The notes: generated by a model from the sequence alone, not told the origin. Counted from the stretch's first letter, positions 28,316-38,566 are shown. The stretch: 45,922 bases of DNA from Acidimicrobiia bacterium (GCA_029210695.1 JARGFH010000029.1:1-45922), one strand, 5' to 3'. A program made the numbers and translations.

Positions 28316-29284
28316 TCAGCCCCTGGGCACGGCGAGCTTGGCGAGGATCTCGTCGATGACCGCCGTGGCGGTCCGGAGGTCGCCGCCGGACAGGATGATC
28401 CGGTGCCCCAGAACCGCGGCGGCCACGCGTTTGACGTCATCGGGTGCGACGAAACTGCGTCCAACGATGGTGGCGTGTGCCTGGGCGACCCGCAACAACG
28501 AGAGGCTGGCACGAGGTGAGGCTCCCAGCGACACCATCGGGTGCGAGCGGGTGGCGGCCGTGATGTCGAGAACATAGTCGGTCACCGCCGTGTGCACCGG
28601 TACCCGGTGGACCTCGGCGATGGCGTTCGCCAGTGCCGTGGGGTCGGTGACGGGTTTGAGTCGGGCGAGGGCAGCCGTACCGCCGTGACCGAGGAGCAAT
28701 TCCCGCTCCGACTCGCGTCCGGGCAGGCCCAGTTCGAGCACGAGTGAAAACCGATCGCGCTGTCCTTCGACCAGTGGAAATGTACCCGCGTGCTCAAATG
28801 GATTCTGTGTGGCGATGAGGAGGAATGGATCCGGCAGGGCATGGGTGTGGCCGTCGACCGTAACCTGCCGCTCCTCCATGGCCTCCAGTGTGGCCGCCTG
28901 TGTTCGCGGGGTAGCCCGGTTGATCTCATCCAGAAGGACGACGTTGGCGAAAAGGGGTCCGGGCTGGAACTCCCAGGTCTCAGACTGCCTGCGGAAGATC
29001 GTCACCCCGGTCAGGTCGGCGGGGAGGAGATCCGGCGTGCCCTGGACTCTGCGGAATGTGCCACCGACCGATCGAGCTATGGCCTTGGCCAGCAGGGTCT
29101 TGCCGACTCCCGGAACGTCTTCGATGAGAAGATGGCCACCCGACAAGAGCCCAGCCAGCGCCAGGCGCGCCTGGTCCGGCTTCCCACGCAAGGCGAGCGT
29201 GACGTTGGCAAAGAGGTCGGCGGCGACCTGCGCCGCCCGCCCGCTGATCGGGGGCGGGGGAGGAAAAGGACTGACTGATTGCAC
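28316..29284 (-). CDS. moxR: MoxR family AAA+ ATPase
   Basis: HLLIEDVPGVGKT, TPDLLPAD, LLDEINRATP, ATQNP and GASPRA motifs. Confidence 0.93.
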   Translation of the reverse strand: MQSVSPFPPPPPISGRAAQVAADLFANVTLALRGKPDQARLALAGLLSGGHLLIEDVPGVGKTLLAKAIARSVGGTFRRVQGTPDLLPADLTGVTIFRRQSETWEFQPGPLFANVVLLDEINRATPRTQAATLEAMEERQVTVDGHTHALPDPFLLIATQNPFEHAGTFPLVEGQRDRFSLVLELGLPGRESERELLLGHGGTAALARLKPVTDPTALANAIAEVHRVPVHTAVTDYVLDITAATRSHPMVSLGASPRASLSLLRVAQAHATIVGRSFVAPDDVKRVAAAVLGHRIILSGGDLRTATAVIDEILAKLAVPRG

Positions 29285-29430
29285 TCCACCTGCATCGGCA
29301 CGGTAGATGGGGTCATTTAGTGATTAGGGTTCGAGATCGGTCAAGGCCGGGTGAAGCGTTGTCCCTCGACTCGATACCGCGCGGTGGCCGGCGGGTGTAA
29401 GTTTTGCGGTATAAGGGTCAGGAGGAGGAA

Positions 29431-29607
29431 GTGCTACGCAAAGGTACCCGGGTGAAGGAACTCACCAAGAAGACCGGGCAGAGGCCGAGGACCGGCCAGG
29501 TGATCGGCTTCCATCACGACTCGGTCGAGGTCGAGTGGGACGATGGCCACCGTTCGTCCCTGGCGGGGGCGCTGCTGGTGCCGCAGGAGAAGTCGAAGGC
29601 CGGCTGA
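29431..29607 (+). CDS. Small basic hypothetical protein (SH3-like/DUF1918-like)
   Basis: Strong AGGAGGAGG RBS before GTG. 58 aa containing RTGQVIG...VEVEWDDGHRS. Confidence 0.7.
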   Translation: MLRKGTRVKELTKKTGQRPRTGQVIGFHHDSVEVEWDDGHRSSLAGALLVPQEKSKAG

Positions 29608-29626
29608 GCGCGATCGGAAGCCGGGC

Positions 29627-30568
29627 ATGATCGAGGTATTGCTGCTCCTCGCCCTACCGGCCTCGGGGAAGTCCGAGATTCGCCGGTACCTCGACACGCT
29701 TTCAGCCGGGGAGCGGATGGAGACGTTTGGTCTCAGGCCGATGGTCCAGCTCGACGATTTCCCATACGTTCACCTGATGCGACGGATCTCAGAGGAAGCC
29801 GAGCACCTCGGTGTGGCCCCACCTTTCTTCGCAGGCCCCGGCCCTTTCATCGATCAGCGCGATTGGGGCACACTCATTCACCTCATCAACCAGGACTACG
29901 CGGCGCTCAGCGGGCCGGGGTCGCAAGAGACATCCGCCGGCCGGTGGCTCGTTCGCAGGATGGTCAACGCCAGAGAGGCGGCCGGCGCCGGCCCCTCGTT
30001 CGACTTCCTGGATACGGCCGTGGTCCGGCATATCGAGGAATCGATCGACGGCGAGGCAAGGCTGTTGCTGGAGGAGGTCTCGGCGCGACGGTTGGAGCCG
30101 GGTGGCACGGTGCTGATCGAGTTCGCCCGCGGTGGACCGGCCGGGTCAAGTTGTCCATTGCCAGCCCCGTTCGGATATCAGTACTCACTGTCGTTGCTGG
30201 CGGCCCCGATACTCGAGCGGTCGGCGGCCCTCTACATATGGGTGACGCCTGAGGAGAGCCGGCAAAAGAACCGCGAACGCTCGATTCCCGGCGAGGAAGG
30301 CTCGATTCTGCACCATGGGGTCCCCGAGCAGGTCATGATGGACGACTACGGGATGGACGACTTCCGCTGGCTCATGTCGCAGTCCCCATTGGATGGCACG
30401 ATCGAGGTGAAGTCGGGAGACCGAATACTCGAGCTACCGGCGGCCGTATTCGACAATCGGGGCGACCTGACCTCGTTCCTGAGGGAAGATCCGGCGTCCT
30501 GGAGTGACGAAGATCTGGCCGGGCTGCGTGCCGGGCTGGCGGATGCGTTCAGACGACTCAGCGAGTGA
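29627..30568 (+). CDS. Hypothetical P-loop kinase-like protein
   Basis: N-terminal strand followed by ALPASGKS (Walker A variant), then VLIEFARG and LYIWVTPEESRQKNRER. The layout resembles NMP kinases. Confidence 0.7.
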   Translation: MIEVLLLLALPASGKSEIRRYLDTLSAGERMETFGLRPMVQLDDFPYVHLMRRISEEAEHLGVAPPFFAGPGPFIDQRDWGTLIHLINQDYAALSGPGSQETSAGRWLVRRMVNAREAAGAGPSFDFLDTAVVRHIEESIDGEARLLLEEVSARRLEPGGTVLIEFARGGPAGSSCPLPAPFGYQYSLSLLAAPILERSAALYIWVTPEESRQKNRERSIPGEEGSILHHGVPEQVMMDDYGMDDFRWLMSQSPLDGTIEVKSGDRILELPAAVFDNRGDLTSFLREDPASWSDEDLAGLRAGLADAFRRLSE

Positions 30569-33245
30569 ACGGATCCGCCAGATCCGGGTCGATGCTGTAG
30601 CGCTTGATCGCGTCGGCGACCCGTTCGATTGGTATCACGCCATCCTGAGCGAGTGCGGAGAGGACAGCGACTGTGACGTGACCCGCATCGGTCTCGAAGA
30701 AGCGGCGGAGCGCTTCCCGGGTATCCGAGCGGCCGAAGCCGTCGGTCCCGAGCACGGAAAAGGTTCCCGGCACCCACCGTGCCACCATGTCGGGCACAGC
30801 CTGCATGTAGTCCGTGACTGCGACGACCGGCCCTCCGACGTTCTCCAGCAAACGGGTGACGTACGGAACCTGCTTTTCTTCCTCCGGATGCAGCCGATTC
30901 CAGCGATCGATCGACATGGCCTCTTCGCGCAACTTCTTGTATGAGGTCGCAGACCACAGCTCTACGCCCACGTCGTAGTGCTCGGCGAGTTCCTCCTGGG
31001 CCTGGCGAGCAGCCGCGTGGGCGCTTCCCGAGAACAGGATGGCGGCACGGTGGGACGTGTCGTGCGGAGCCTCTTGCCACAAATAGAGCCCGGCCATGAT
31101 GCCGTCTTCGACTCCGACCGGTTTGACCGGTTGGATGTGGTTCTCGTTGTAGATCGTGAGGTAGTAGAACACATCGTCGTTATCGCCATACATCCGGTCG
31201 ATGCCTCTGCGGATGATCGTGGCCATCTCATAGGCGAAAGCCGGGTCGTAGGCCTCACAGACCGGCACCGCAGAGGCGAGGAGCAAGCTGTGGCCGTCCT
31301 GATGCTGGAGACCTTCGCCGGCCAGCGTGGTTCTTCCCGCCGTGGCTCCCACCAGGAAGCCGCGGGCGCGGCTGTCGGCGGCCGCCCAGATCAGATCTCC
31401 GACCCGCTGGAACCCGAACATCGAGTAGAACGTGAAGAAGGGAACCATTGGAACGCCGCGAGTTGCATACGAGGTGGCGGCGGCGGTGAAGCTCGCCATC
31501 GACCCTGCTTCTGTGATGCCCTCCTCGAGGATCTGCCCATCCTTGCGTTCCGTGTACGAGAGCAGCAGTTGGGCGTCGACTGGTTCGTACTTCTGACCGT
31601 CTGAGGCGTAGATCGCAAGTTCCTTGAAGAGGGCATCCATCCCGAAGGTCCTTCCCTCATCGGGAATGATCGGCACGACTCGTGGACCGAAGTTCTCGTC
31701 CCTCGTCATGTTGCGGAGCAGCCGTGTGAAGGCCATCGTCGTCGACACCTCGTTCTTGCCGGAGCCGCCGTCGAACTCGGCAAACGCTTCGGGGGCAGGC
31801 AACTGGAGCGGGCGGCGGATTTCGACGCTACGGGAGGGAAGCGAACCATCGAGCGCACGACGTCGCTCCATCAGATAACGATGCTCAGGTGACCCTTCCT
31901 CAAAACGCAGGTACGGAGGCTCGTCATGCTCGCCCAGCGCCGGCACAACGTCCTCGAGAGAGAGCCTGGATCTGAGCTCCATCAGTTGGGCGATGTTCAG
32001 CTTCTTGATCTGGTGGGTGGCGTTACGGCCTTCGACATCCGGACCGAGTGTCCATCCTTTGATCGTCTTGGCAAGAATCACCGTCGGGGCGCCGGTCAGT
32101 TCGGTTGCGCGCTTGTAGGCCGCGTAGAGCTTCTTGTAGTCGTGGCCGCCGCGCCGGAGAGCCCAGATCTCGTCGTCGGTCATGTGTTCGACCATATGGC
32201 GAAGTCGGGGATCCGGACCGAAGAAGTGTTCACGCACGTAGGCGCCGTCGTGCGCTTTGTAGCGCTGGTAGTCGCCGTCGACCCGACGTTGCATGTTGTC
32301 GACCAGGACGCCGTCCGTGTCGGCCGCCAGCAGTGGATCCCAATTTGATCCCCAGATGACCTTGATGACGTTCCATCCTGCCCCCCGGAAGATCGCCTCG
32401 AGTTCCTGGATGATCTTGCCGTTTCCGCGGACCGGTCCGTCGAGGCGCTGGAGGTTGCAGTTGATGACCCAGGTCAGATTGTCGAGCTTCTCTCTGGCGG
32501 CGAGGGTGATCGATCCGAGGGATTCGGGTTCGTCCGTCTCGCCGTCGCCGAGGAAGCACCAGACTCGCGACTGGCTGGCATCGTCGATCCGCCGATTGTG
32601 CAGGTACTTGAGGAACCGGGCGTGGTAGATCGAGTTGATCGGACCGAGGCCCATCGAAACGGTGGGGAACTCCCAGAACTCCGGCATGAGGCGGGGATGG
32701 GGGTAGGACGAGAGCCCGTTGCCGGCAATCTCCCGACGGAAGTGGTCGAGTTGCTCTTCGGTGATGCGGCCTTCGAGGAAAGCACGGGCGTAGATACCCG
32801 GCGCGGCATGACCCTGGAAATAGACCGAATCGCCCGGGAGACCGTCTTCCTTCCCGCGGAAAAAGTGGTTGAACCCGACGTCGTAGAGGGCTGCCGACGA
32901 GGCAAAGGTGGAGAGATGACCGCCGATTCCCTCAGCCTGAAAGTTCGCATTGATGACCATCACTGCCGCGTTCCAACGGATGGCACGACGAATGCGACGC
33001 TCCATCTGTTCATCGCCGGGAAACCATGGCTCGGCCTCGGGTGGGATCGTGTTGATGTACGGCGTCGACACCATGACCGGCACATCGACACCGATCTCGC
33101 GAGCGTGCTTGATCATCCGGCTGAGGAGATACTTGCCCCTCCCGGCGCCGGAGTGACCGACGGCGGCGTCGAGCGAGTCGAGCCACTCGAGCGTTTCGGC
33201 CGGGTCGGAGTCGGGAAACTGCTGGATGAAGTCGTCGATGATCAT
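30558..33245 (-). CDS. aceE: Pyruvate dehydrogenase E1, homodimeric type
   Basis: DSDPAETLEWLDS, GGHLSTFAS, YPHPRLMP, TPP motif GDGETDEPES, NCNLQRLDGPV and GFGRSDTR. Confidence 0.95.
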   Translation of the reverse strand: MIIDDFIQQFPDSDPAETLEWLDSLDAAVGHSGAGRGKYLLSRMIKHAREIGVDVPVMVSTPYINTIPPEAEPWFPGDEQMERRIRRAIRWNAAVMVINANFQAEGIGGHLSTFASSAALYDVGFNHFFRGKEDGLPGDSVYFQGHAAPGIYARAFLEGRITEEQLDHFRREIAGNGLSSYPHPRLMPEFWEFPTVSMGLGPINSIYHARFLKYLHNRRIDDASQSRVWCFLGDGETDEPESLGSITLAAREKLDNLTWVINCNLQRLDGPVRGNGKIIQELEAIFRGAGWNVIKVIWGSNWDPLLAADTDGVLVDNMQRRVDGDYQRYKAHDGAYVREHFFGPDPRLRHMVEHMTDDEIWALRRGGHDYKKLYAAYKRATELTGAPTVILAKTIKGWTLGPDVEGRNATHQIKKLNIAQLMELRSRLSLEDVVPALGEHDEPPYLRFEEGSPEHRYLMERRRALDGSLPSRSVEIRRPLQLPAPEAFAEFDGGSGKNEVSTTMAFTRLLRNMTRDENFGPRVVPIIPDEGRTFGMDALFKELAIYASDGQKYEPVDAQLLLSYTERKDGQILEEGITEAGSMASFTAAATSYATRGVPMVPFFTFYSMFGFQRVGDLIWAAADSRARGFLVGATAGRTTLAGEGLQHQDGHSLLLASAVPVCEAYDPAFAYEMATIIRRGIDRMYGDNDDVFYYLTIYNENHIQPVKPVGVEDGIMAGLYLWQEAPHDTSHRAAILFSGSAHAAARQAQEELAEHYDVGVELWSATSYKKLREEAMSIDRWNRLHPEEEKQVPYVTRLLENVGGPVVAVTDYMQAVPDMVARWVPGTFSVLGTDGFGRSDTREALRRFFETDAGHVTVAVLSALAQDGVIPIERVADAIKRYSIDPDLADPFTR

Positions 33246-33365
33246 GGTGCCCCTCGAAGCGGTGTTCGCAAAGAATACCCGGCCCGGAAGGATGCGCTGA
33301 GGAGTCGTCGATACTCCCGGCCGCCTGGTTCGGATCGCTCGTCGGTGATGAGCCATAATGCCCGG

Positions 33366-33758
33366 GTGAACGACCTCAACGTGCTGGGCGGGACTCTCGA
33401 GTCATGCGGGACCGATCCCATGACCGGTTTTCACCGTGACGGTTCCTGCAGAACGGGGCCACACGATCCCGGGAGCCACACCGTCTGCGCCGTCGTGACG
33501 CAGGAGTTCCTCGAGCACCAGCGTGGTATCGGGAACGATCTCAGCAGTCCGATGCCGCTTTACCGGTTTCCCGGACTCGTGCCGGGCGACCGCTGGTGTG
33601 TGACGGCCGCCAACTGGTTGCGTGCGCACCTCGACGGTGTGGCCGCTCCGGTGGTGCTCGCCTCCACGCATGCTCGCGCTCTCGAAATGATCCCGTTGGC
33701 CGTCCTCCAGGAACACGCCGTCGATGTGCCAACCGACCCGGGGAGTCTCGAGAGCTGA
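33366..33758 (+). CDS. DUF2237 family protein
   Basis: NVLGGTLESCGTDPMTGFHRDGSC...HTVCA...GNDLS.P...PGDRWC. Confidence 0.85.
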   Translation: MNDLNVLGGTLESCGTDPMTGFHRDGSCRTGPHDPGSHTVCAVVTQEFLEHQRGIGNDLSSPMPLYRFPGLVPGDRWCVTAANWLRAHLDGVAAPVVLASTHARALEMIPLAVLQEHAVDVPTDPGSLES

Positions 33759-33827
33759 CCGGCTCCTCGACCGGGCGGTCGGAGGCAACCCTCATTCCTG
33801 GCGAGCCGACCTCGTACACTCACGACT

Positions 33828-34760
33828 ATGGACCTGCCCACCATTGATGACGTGCTGGCGGCAGCCGACCGCATCGAGCCGTATGTTCATCGCACGCCCG
33901 TTTTCACGTCGGCAACCCTGGATCGAGAGCTCGAATCATCGGTGTTCTTCAAGTGTGAGAACCTCCAGAAGGTCGGAGCGTTCAAGGCACGAGGCGCGAC
34001 GAACGCCGTTGTCGCTCTCTCTGATGACGAGGCCGCCCGCGGGGTGGCGACGCATTCGTCCGGCAACCACGGTCAGGCACTGGCTTACGCGGCGTCCGTG
34101 CGCGGTATCCCAGCCTGGGTGGTGATGCCGGACCACGCCCCTGCCGTCAAGGTGGAGGCAGTGCGCGGCTACGGAGCTGAGGTCGTGTTCTGCAAGCAGG
34201 CAGAGCGAGAGGAGAGGACGCAAGCGCTCATTGCGGAAACGGGTGCGAACCTCATTCATCCCTATGACAACGCACTCGTGATCGCCGGCCAGGGAACGGC
34301 GGCGCTGGAGCTCATCAACGATGTTCCCGATCTCGAGTTCGTGGTGGCGCCGGTCGGTGGCGGAGGCCTACTGGGTGGTACCACGGTGGTCGCTCGTGCC
34401 ATCGACCGAAGGTTAAAGGTGGTCGGAGGGGAGCCGGAAGCAGTCGACGATGCCTTTCGATCAATTCGGGACGGCGTTCGGCATTCCGCCGTGGCGAATC
34501 CTCAGACCCTGGCGGACGGGCTGCTGACCGGACTCGGGGAACGCAACTTCGCCCTCCTCAACGGCAACGTCGAGATCGTCATCGTTGACGAAGATGAGAT
34601 CGTCGAGGCGGCGCGGTTCTTCCTGGAGCGGATGAAGATGGTGGTCGAGCCGTCCGGCGCGGTCTCACTGGCGGCGGCCAGGAAGATGAACATCGCAGGA
34701 AGCCGGGTCGGCGTCATCGTCAGCGGGGGCAATACCGACTTTCGCTGGCTGTCCAGATGA
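33828..34760 (+). CDS. PLP-dependent serine/threonine dehydratase / serine racemase family
   Basis: KCENLQKVGAFKARGA, SSGNHGQ, PVGGGGL and VSGGN motifs. No ACT domain. Confidence 0.9.
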   Translation: MDLPTIDDVLAAADRIEPYVHRTPVFTSATLDRELESSVFFKCENLQKVGAFKARGATNAVVALSDDEAARGVATHSSGNHGQALAYAASVRGIPAWVVMPDHAPAVKVEAVRGYGAEVVFCKQAEREERTQALIAETGANLIHPYDNALVIAGQGTAALELINDVPDLEFVVAPVGGGGLLGGTTVVARAIDRRLKVVGGEPEAVDDAFRSIRDGVRHSAVANPQTLADGLLTGLGERNFALLNGNVEIVIVDEDEIVEAARFFLERMKMVVEPSGAVSLAAARKMNIAGSRVGVIVSGGNTDFRWLSR

Positions 34761-34761
34761 C

Positions 34762-34808
34762 TTCTCCGCAATGTAATGGCGCGTGACGCGCCATTACATT
34801 GCGGAGAA
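34762..34808. repeat. Perfect 47-bp palindrome (REP-like)
   Basis: TTCTCCGCAATGTAATGGCGCGT-G-ACGCGCCATTACATTGCGGAGAA, with 23-bp perfect arms. Confidence 0.9.
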
Positions 34809-34851
34809 ACCCAAACAGTCGCGCTAGCGTCGACGCGGAAGGAGGTGCAGC

Positions 34852-36747
34852 GTGACCCGTCGATACGATCGGCTGACGCAACCGTTGGTCAGGGAGGACG
34901 GCCGGCTTCGCCCGGCAACATGGGACGAGGCGCTCAACCGCGCCGCCCTCGGAATCCAGGAGGCGGTCGACCAGCACGGTGCGACCTCGGTCGGGATGTT
35001 CAGCTGCTCGAAAGCCACCAACGAGATGAACTACTTCGCGCAGAAGTTCATGCGGGTGGCCGTCGGCAGCAACAACATCGACTCGTGTAACCGCACCTGA
35101 CACGCTCCCAGCGTCGTCGGTCTGGCGACGGTCTTCGGAGCAGGAGGCGGAACAAGCTCCTACGGCGAGATCGAGAACACCGATCTCATCATCCTCTGGG
35201 GTTCGAACGCCCGCGACACACATCCGATCTTCTTTCACCACCTCCTCAAGGGTGTGAAGCGCGGAGCGCGCCTGTACGTCATCGATCCGCGTCGCTCTTC
35301 GTCGGCCCGGTGGGCCGACTTGTGGCTGGGCATCGACGTCGGCTCCGACATTGCGCTGGCAAATGCGGTCGGTCGCGAGATCATCGCCGCCGGTCTCGCC
35401 AACGAGGCCTTCATCAGCACTGCCACCGTCGGGTTTGAGGACTACCGGGAGTCTGTTGAGCGATGGACGCTCGAGCGCGCCGAGGCGGTCACCGGCGTGC
35501 CGGCAGAGGGCATTCGTGAACTCGCCCATGCCTATGCCACGGCCGGCACCGCCCAGCTGTGCTGGACCCTTGGAATCACCGAGCACCACAACGGCTCCGA
35601 CAACGTTTTCGCACTCATCAACCTGGCCTTGCTGACCGGGCACGTCGGTCGCTATGGATCGGGCCTGGTGCCCATCCGGGGCCAAAACAACGTCCAGGGC
35701 GGCGGTGACATGGGTGCCCTTCCCAACAAGTTGCCGGGTTTTCAGGACGTCGAGGATGGAGAGCTACGTGCCAGATTCGAAGCCAAGTGGGTGAGCAGGA
35801 TTCCCGATCACAATGGGTGGAACATAAGCGAGATGTTTGACGCCATGGAGCGGGGTGACCTTCGCAGCCTGTACGTGATCGGCGAGAACCCTGCCCAGAG
35901 CGAAGCACAGGCTGTGCGGGCGCGCACGCTGCTGGAGGGACTCGACTCGCTGATCGTGCAGGATCTCTACCTGACCAAGACCGCCGAAATGGCAGACGTC
36001 GTGCTTCCGGCGGCCGCTTCGTGGGCCGAGACGGAAGGCACCGTGACGTCGTCCGAGCGGCGAGTGCAGCGAGTACGAAAGGCCGTGGATCCGCCCGAAG
36101 GAGCGCGAGCCGATACCGACATTTTGTCCGAACTGGCCGGACGGTTCGGGAAAGACCTGGGTTCCTCGGCTGCCGAGGACATCTGGAATGAGCTACGCGA
36201 GCTCTCCCCGATGCACGCCGGCATGAGTTACGCACGCCTCGAGGCCGAGGGCGGCTTGCGGTGGCCCTATCGTTCGGAAGATGATCCGGGCGCACTGTTC
36301 CTTCACGGCCGCTTGTGGGCGGATCCGCCCGAAGGCCCCCCGGCCCCGTTCACTCCGGTCGAGCATGCCCCGCCCGTCGACGAGCTAACCGACGAATACC
36401 CGATCCGGTTGACCACCGGCCGGCACCTCGAGTCGTACAACACCGGCGTTCAAAGTAGCCGGATGGACTCGCCCAAACGGCAGGGCGGATGCATCGATCT
36501 CGACCCCCGCGATGCAGAAGGGCTCGGACTCGAGGATGGGGAGGTGGCGCGGATCGTGTCGCGGCGCGGTGCAATCGAAGCGCCTGTCCGGGTGGACCAC
36601 AATCTCCGGCCGGGCCTGGCCTTCATGGCTTTCCATTTCCCGGACGAGGTCGACGTCAACATTCTGACCATCGACGCCTGGGACCCACGCTCAGGAACCG
36701 CCGAGTTCAAGGCTTCGGCCATTCGGATCGAGAAGATAGGAGCCTGA
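34852..36747 (+). CDS. fdhF: Selenocysteine-containing formate dehydrogenase catalytic (Mo/W-bisPGD) subunit, lacking the N-terminal Fe-S domain
   Basis: ORFs 34852-35100 and 35254-36747 are in one frame separated only by TGA 35098-35100, reading NNIDSCNRT-U-HAPSVVGL, the FDH Sec/Cys-His active site. Also RGQNNVQGGGDMG and a C-terminal LTTGR. AGGAGG RBS present. Confidence 0.93.
35112..35130 (+). promoter_or_regulatory. Bacterial SECIS-like hairpin of fdh
   Basis: CGTCGTC-GGTCT-GGCGACG, a 7-bp stem (one G:U) with a 5-nt G-first loop, beginning at the 12th nt after UGA. Confidence 0.8.
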
Positions 36748-36748
36748 A

Positions 36749-38566
36749 TTGGATCTCCACTTCGCGCAGGCCGAGGCAACTGCAGCAGAGCGGTCCGTGA
36801 TCGACCTGTTCATGGAGGGCCAACCGTCGGCGAACGGATTGACCGAGGAGACCAGGCTCGAGCGGCCGCGCAGCAGGGAACTGAGGGAACTGCTCCTGCC
36901 CGGCCTCCACGCTCTCCAGTCTGGGATCGGATGGATCAGCCATGGAGCTCTGAACCACTTGTGCGAGGCCCTCTCCGTGCCTCCTGCTGATGCGTACGGG
37001 GTCGCTTCGTTCTACAGCATGCTGGCGTTGTCTGAGCAGGCGCCCGATGTTCTCCATGTGTGCGACGACATCGTCTGTCGCTCCAATGGGGCGATGGAGC
37101 TCATTGATGAATGTGAACGCGTTTTCGGTCCTGAGGGAACCGGTCAAGCGGTCGGCTGGCACCGCAGCCCCTGCCTGGGCAGATGTGATCGGGCACCGGC
37201 CGTTTTCGTGCAACGAACAGGAACCGACGATTTCGATCATGGTCCTGTGCACGCCGATTTGTCCGGCCGGCCGCTCGACGGTTTAGCCGAGCTCGCCCGC
37301 ATGAACCTCGAACTCGGGATCGACCGATCAACCACGCCGCAGGGACCTGCCGAAGTCCGGCTGCTGCGACGCATCGTCCAAGGGGTCGATCCGGCCTCCC
37401 TCGAGTCGTACCGGTCCAACGGCGGGTACGCGGCCCTCGAACAGGCGCTGGCGATCGGTCCAGCCACCATCCGGGCTCTCATTGCCGCCTCGGGATTGAC
37501 GGGGCGCGGTGGGGCCGGGTTTCCCACCGGCCGCAAGTGGGACATGGCGGCAGCCGAACCGGCCCCCCGCTACGTAGTTGCCAACGCCGACGAGTCGGAG
37601 CCCGGCACGTTCAAAGATCGGCTGCTGATCGAAGGGGATCCATTCGCCCTGATCGAATCACTGACGATTGCTGCGCTGGCGGTGGGCGCCTCCAAAGGCT
37701 TCGTGTACCTGCGCGGTGAATACCCGCTGGCCAGACAACGACTGGCCGCCGCGCTGGTCTCCGCCCGTTCTGCCGGCTTGCTCGGAGACGGCATCCTCGG
37801 CTCGGGCACGTCGTTCGACATCGAGTTGCGGGTAGGCGCCGGCGCCTACATCTGCGGCGAGGAAACGGCCCTGTTCAACTCGATCGAGGGATACCGTGGA
37901 GAACCCCGCAACAAGCCACCCTACCCAACGCAGGCCGGTCTCTTCGGCCGCCCAACCGTGGTGAACAACGTCGAGACCCTGCTCAATGTCCCCATCATCA
38001 TCACGGGGGGACCCGAGGCGTACCGTGAACTCGGAACTGATCTATCGACCGGCACGAAAGTCTTTGCGATCTCCGGGCATGTAGGTGTTCCCGGGGTCTA
38101 CGAGGTCCCGTTCGGAACCACACTGCAGGACCTCCTGGCCCTTGCAGGAGGGATGCGCAACGGATCATCCCTCCGGTCGGTCCTCCTCGGCGGAGCCGCC
38201 GGGACCTTCATCGGACGCGAAGCGCTCGAAATGCCACTGGCGAACGAGAGGGCGGCTGAATATGGGGCATCGCTGGGATCTGGAGCCGTCGTCGTGTTCG
38301 ACTCCGCCACGGATATGGCAGATATCGTCGCCAGGATTGCCGCCTTCTTCCGCGACGAATCGTGTGGTCAGTGTGCACCATGCCGGATCGGAACGGTGCG
38401 ACAGGAAGAACTGCTGGTGAGGGCGCGCGCCGGGTTCGATGCAGCTCCTCTGATCCGGGAGGTTGGTCAAGCGATGACCGATGCGTCGATCTGCGGACTC
38501 GGCCAGACCGCCGCCAACGCGGTGCGATCTGCCATCGACCTGGGCCTGATTCGAGGTGGCGTATGA
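36749..38566 (+). CDS. Fused NuoE-like [2Fe-2S] + NuoF-like FMN/NAD-binding subunit (diaphorase module of an NAD-dependent FDH)
   Basis: VCDDIVC...PCLGRCD, GRGGAGFPTG, NADESEPGTFKDR, GAGAYICGEETAL and ESCGQCAPCR..SICGLG motifs. Confidence 0.9.
   Translation: MDLHFAQAEATAAERSVIDLFMEGQPSANGLTEETRLERPRSRELRELLLPGLHALQSGIGWISHGALNHLCEALSVPPADAYGVASFYSMLALSEQAPDVLHVCDDIVCRSNGAMELIDECERVFGPEGTGQAVGWHRSPCLGRCDRAPAVFVQRTGTDDFDHGPVHADLSGRPLDGLAELARMNLELGIDRSTTPQGPAEVRLLRRIVQGVDPASLESYRSNGGYAALEQALAIGPATIRALIAASGLTGRGGAGFPTGRKWDMAAAEPAPRYVVANADESEPGTFKDRLLIEGDPFALIESLTIAALAVGASKGFVYLRGEYPLARQRLAAALVSARSAGLLGDGILGSGTSFDIELRVGAGAYICGEETALFNSIEGYRGEPRNKPPYPTQAGLFGRPTVVNNVETLLNVPIIITGGPEAYRELGTDLSTGTKVFAISGHVGVPGVYEVPFGTTLQDLLALAGGMRNGSSLRSVLLGGAAGTFIGREALEMPLANERAAEYGASLGSGAVVVFDSATDMADIVARIAAFFRDESCGQCAPCRIGTVRQEELLVRARAGFDAAPLIREVGQAMTDASICGLGQTAANAVRSAIDLGLIRGGV

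Noticed and set aside
25301..29284. MoxR-DUF58-transglutaminase operon as a novel system
   Set aside because: It is a widespread, previously described gene triad with no unusual features here.
33756..33830. DUF2237 TGA is in frame with the downstream dehydratase, with no stop between them and a small hairpin
   Set aside because: DUF2237 is complete, the linker is not protein-like, and the dehydratase has its own leaderless -10 (TACACT). This is most likely coincidence plus a terminator.
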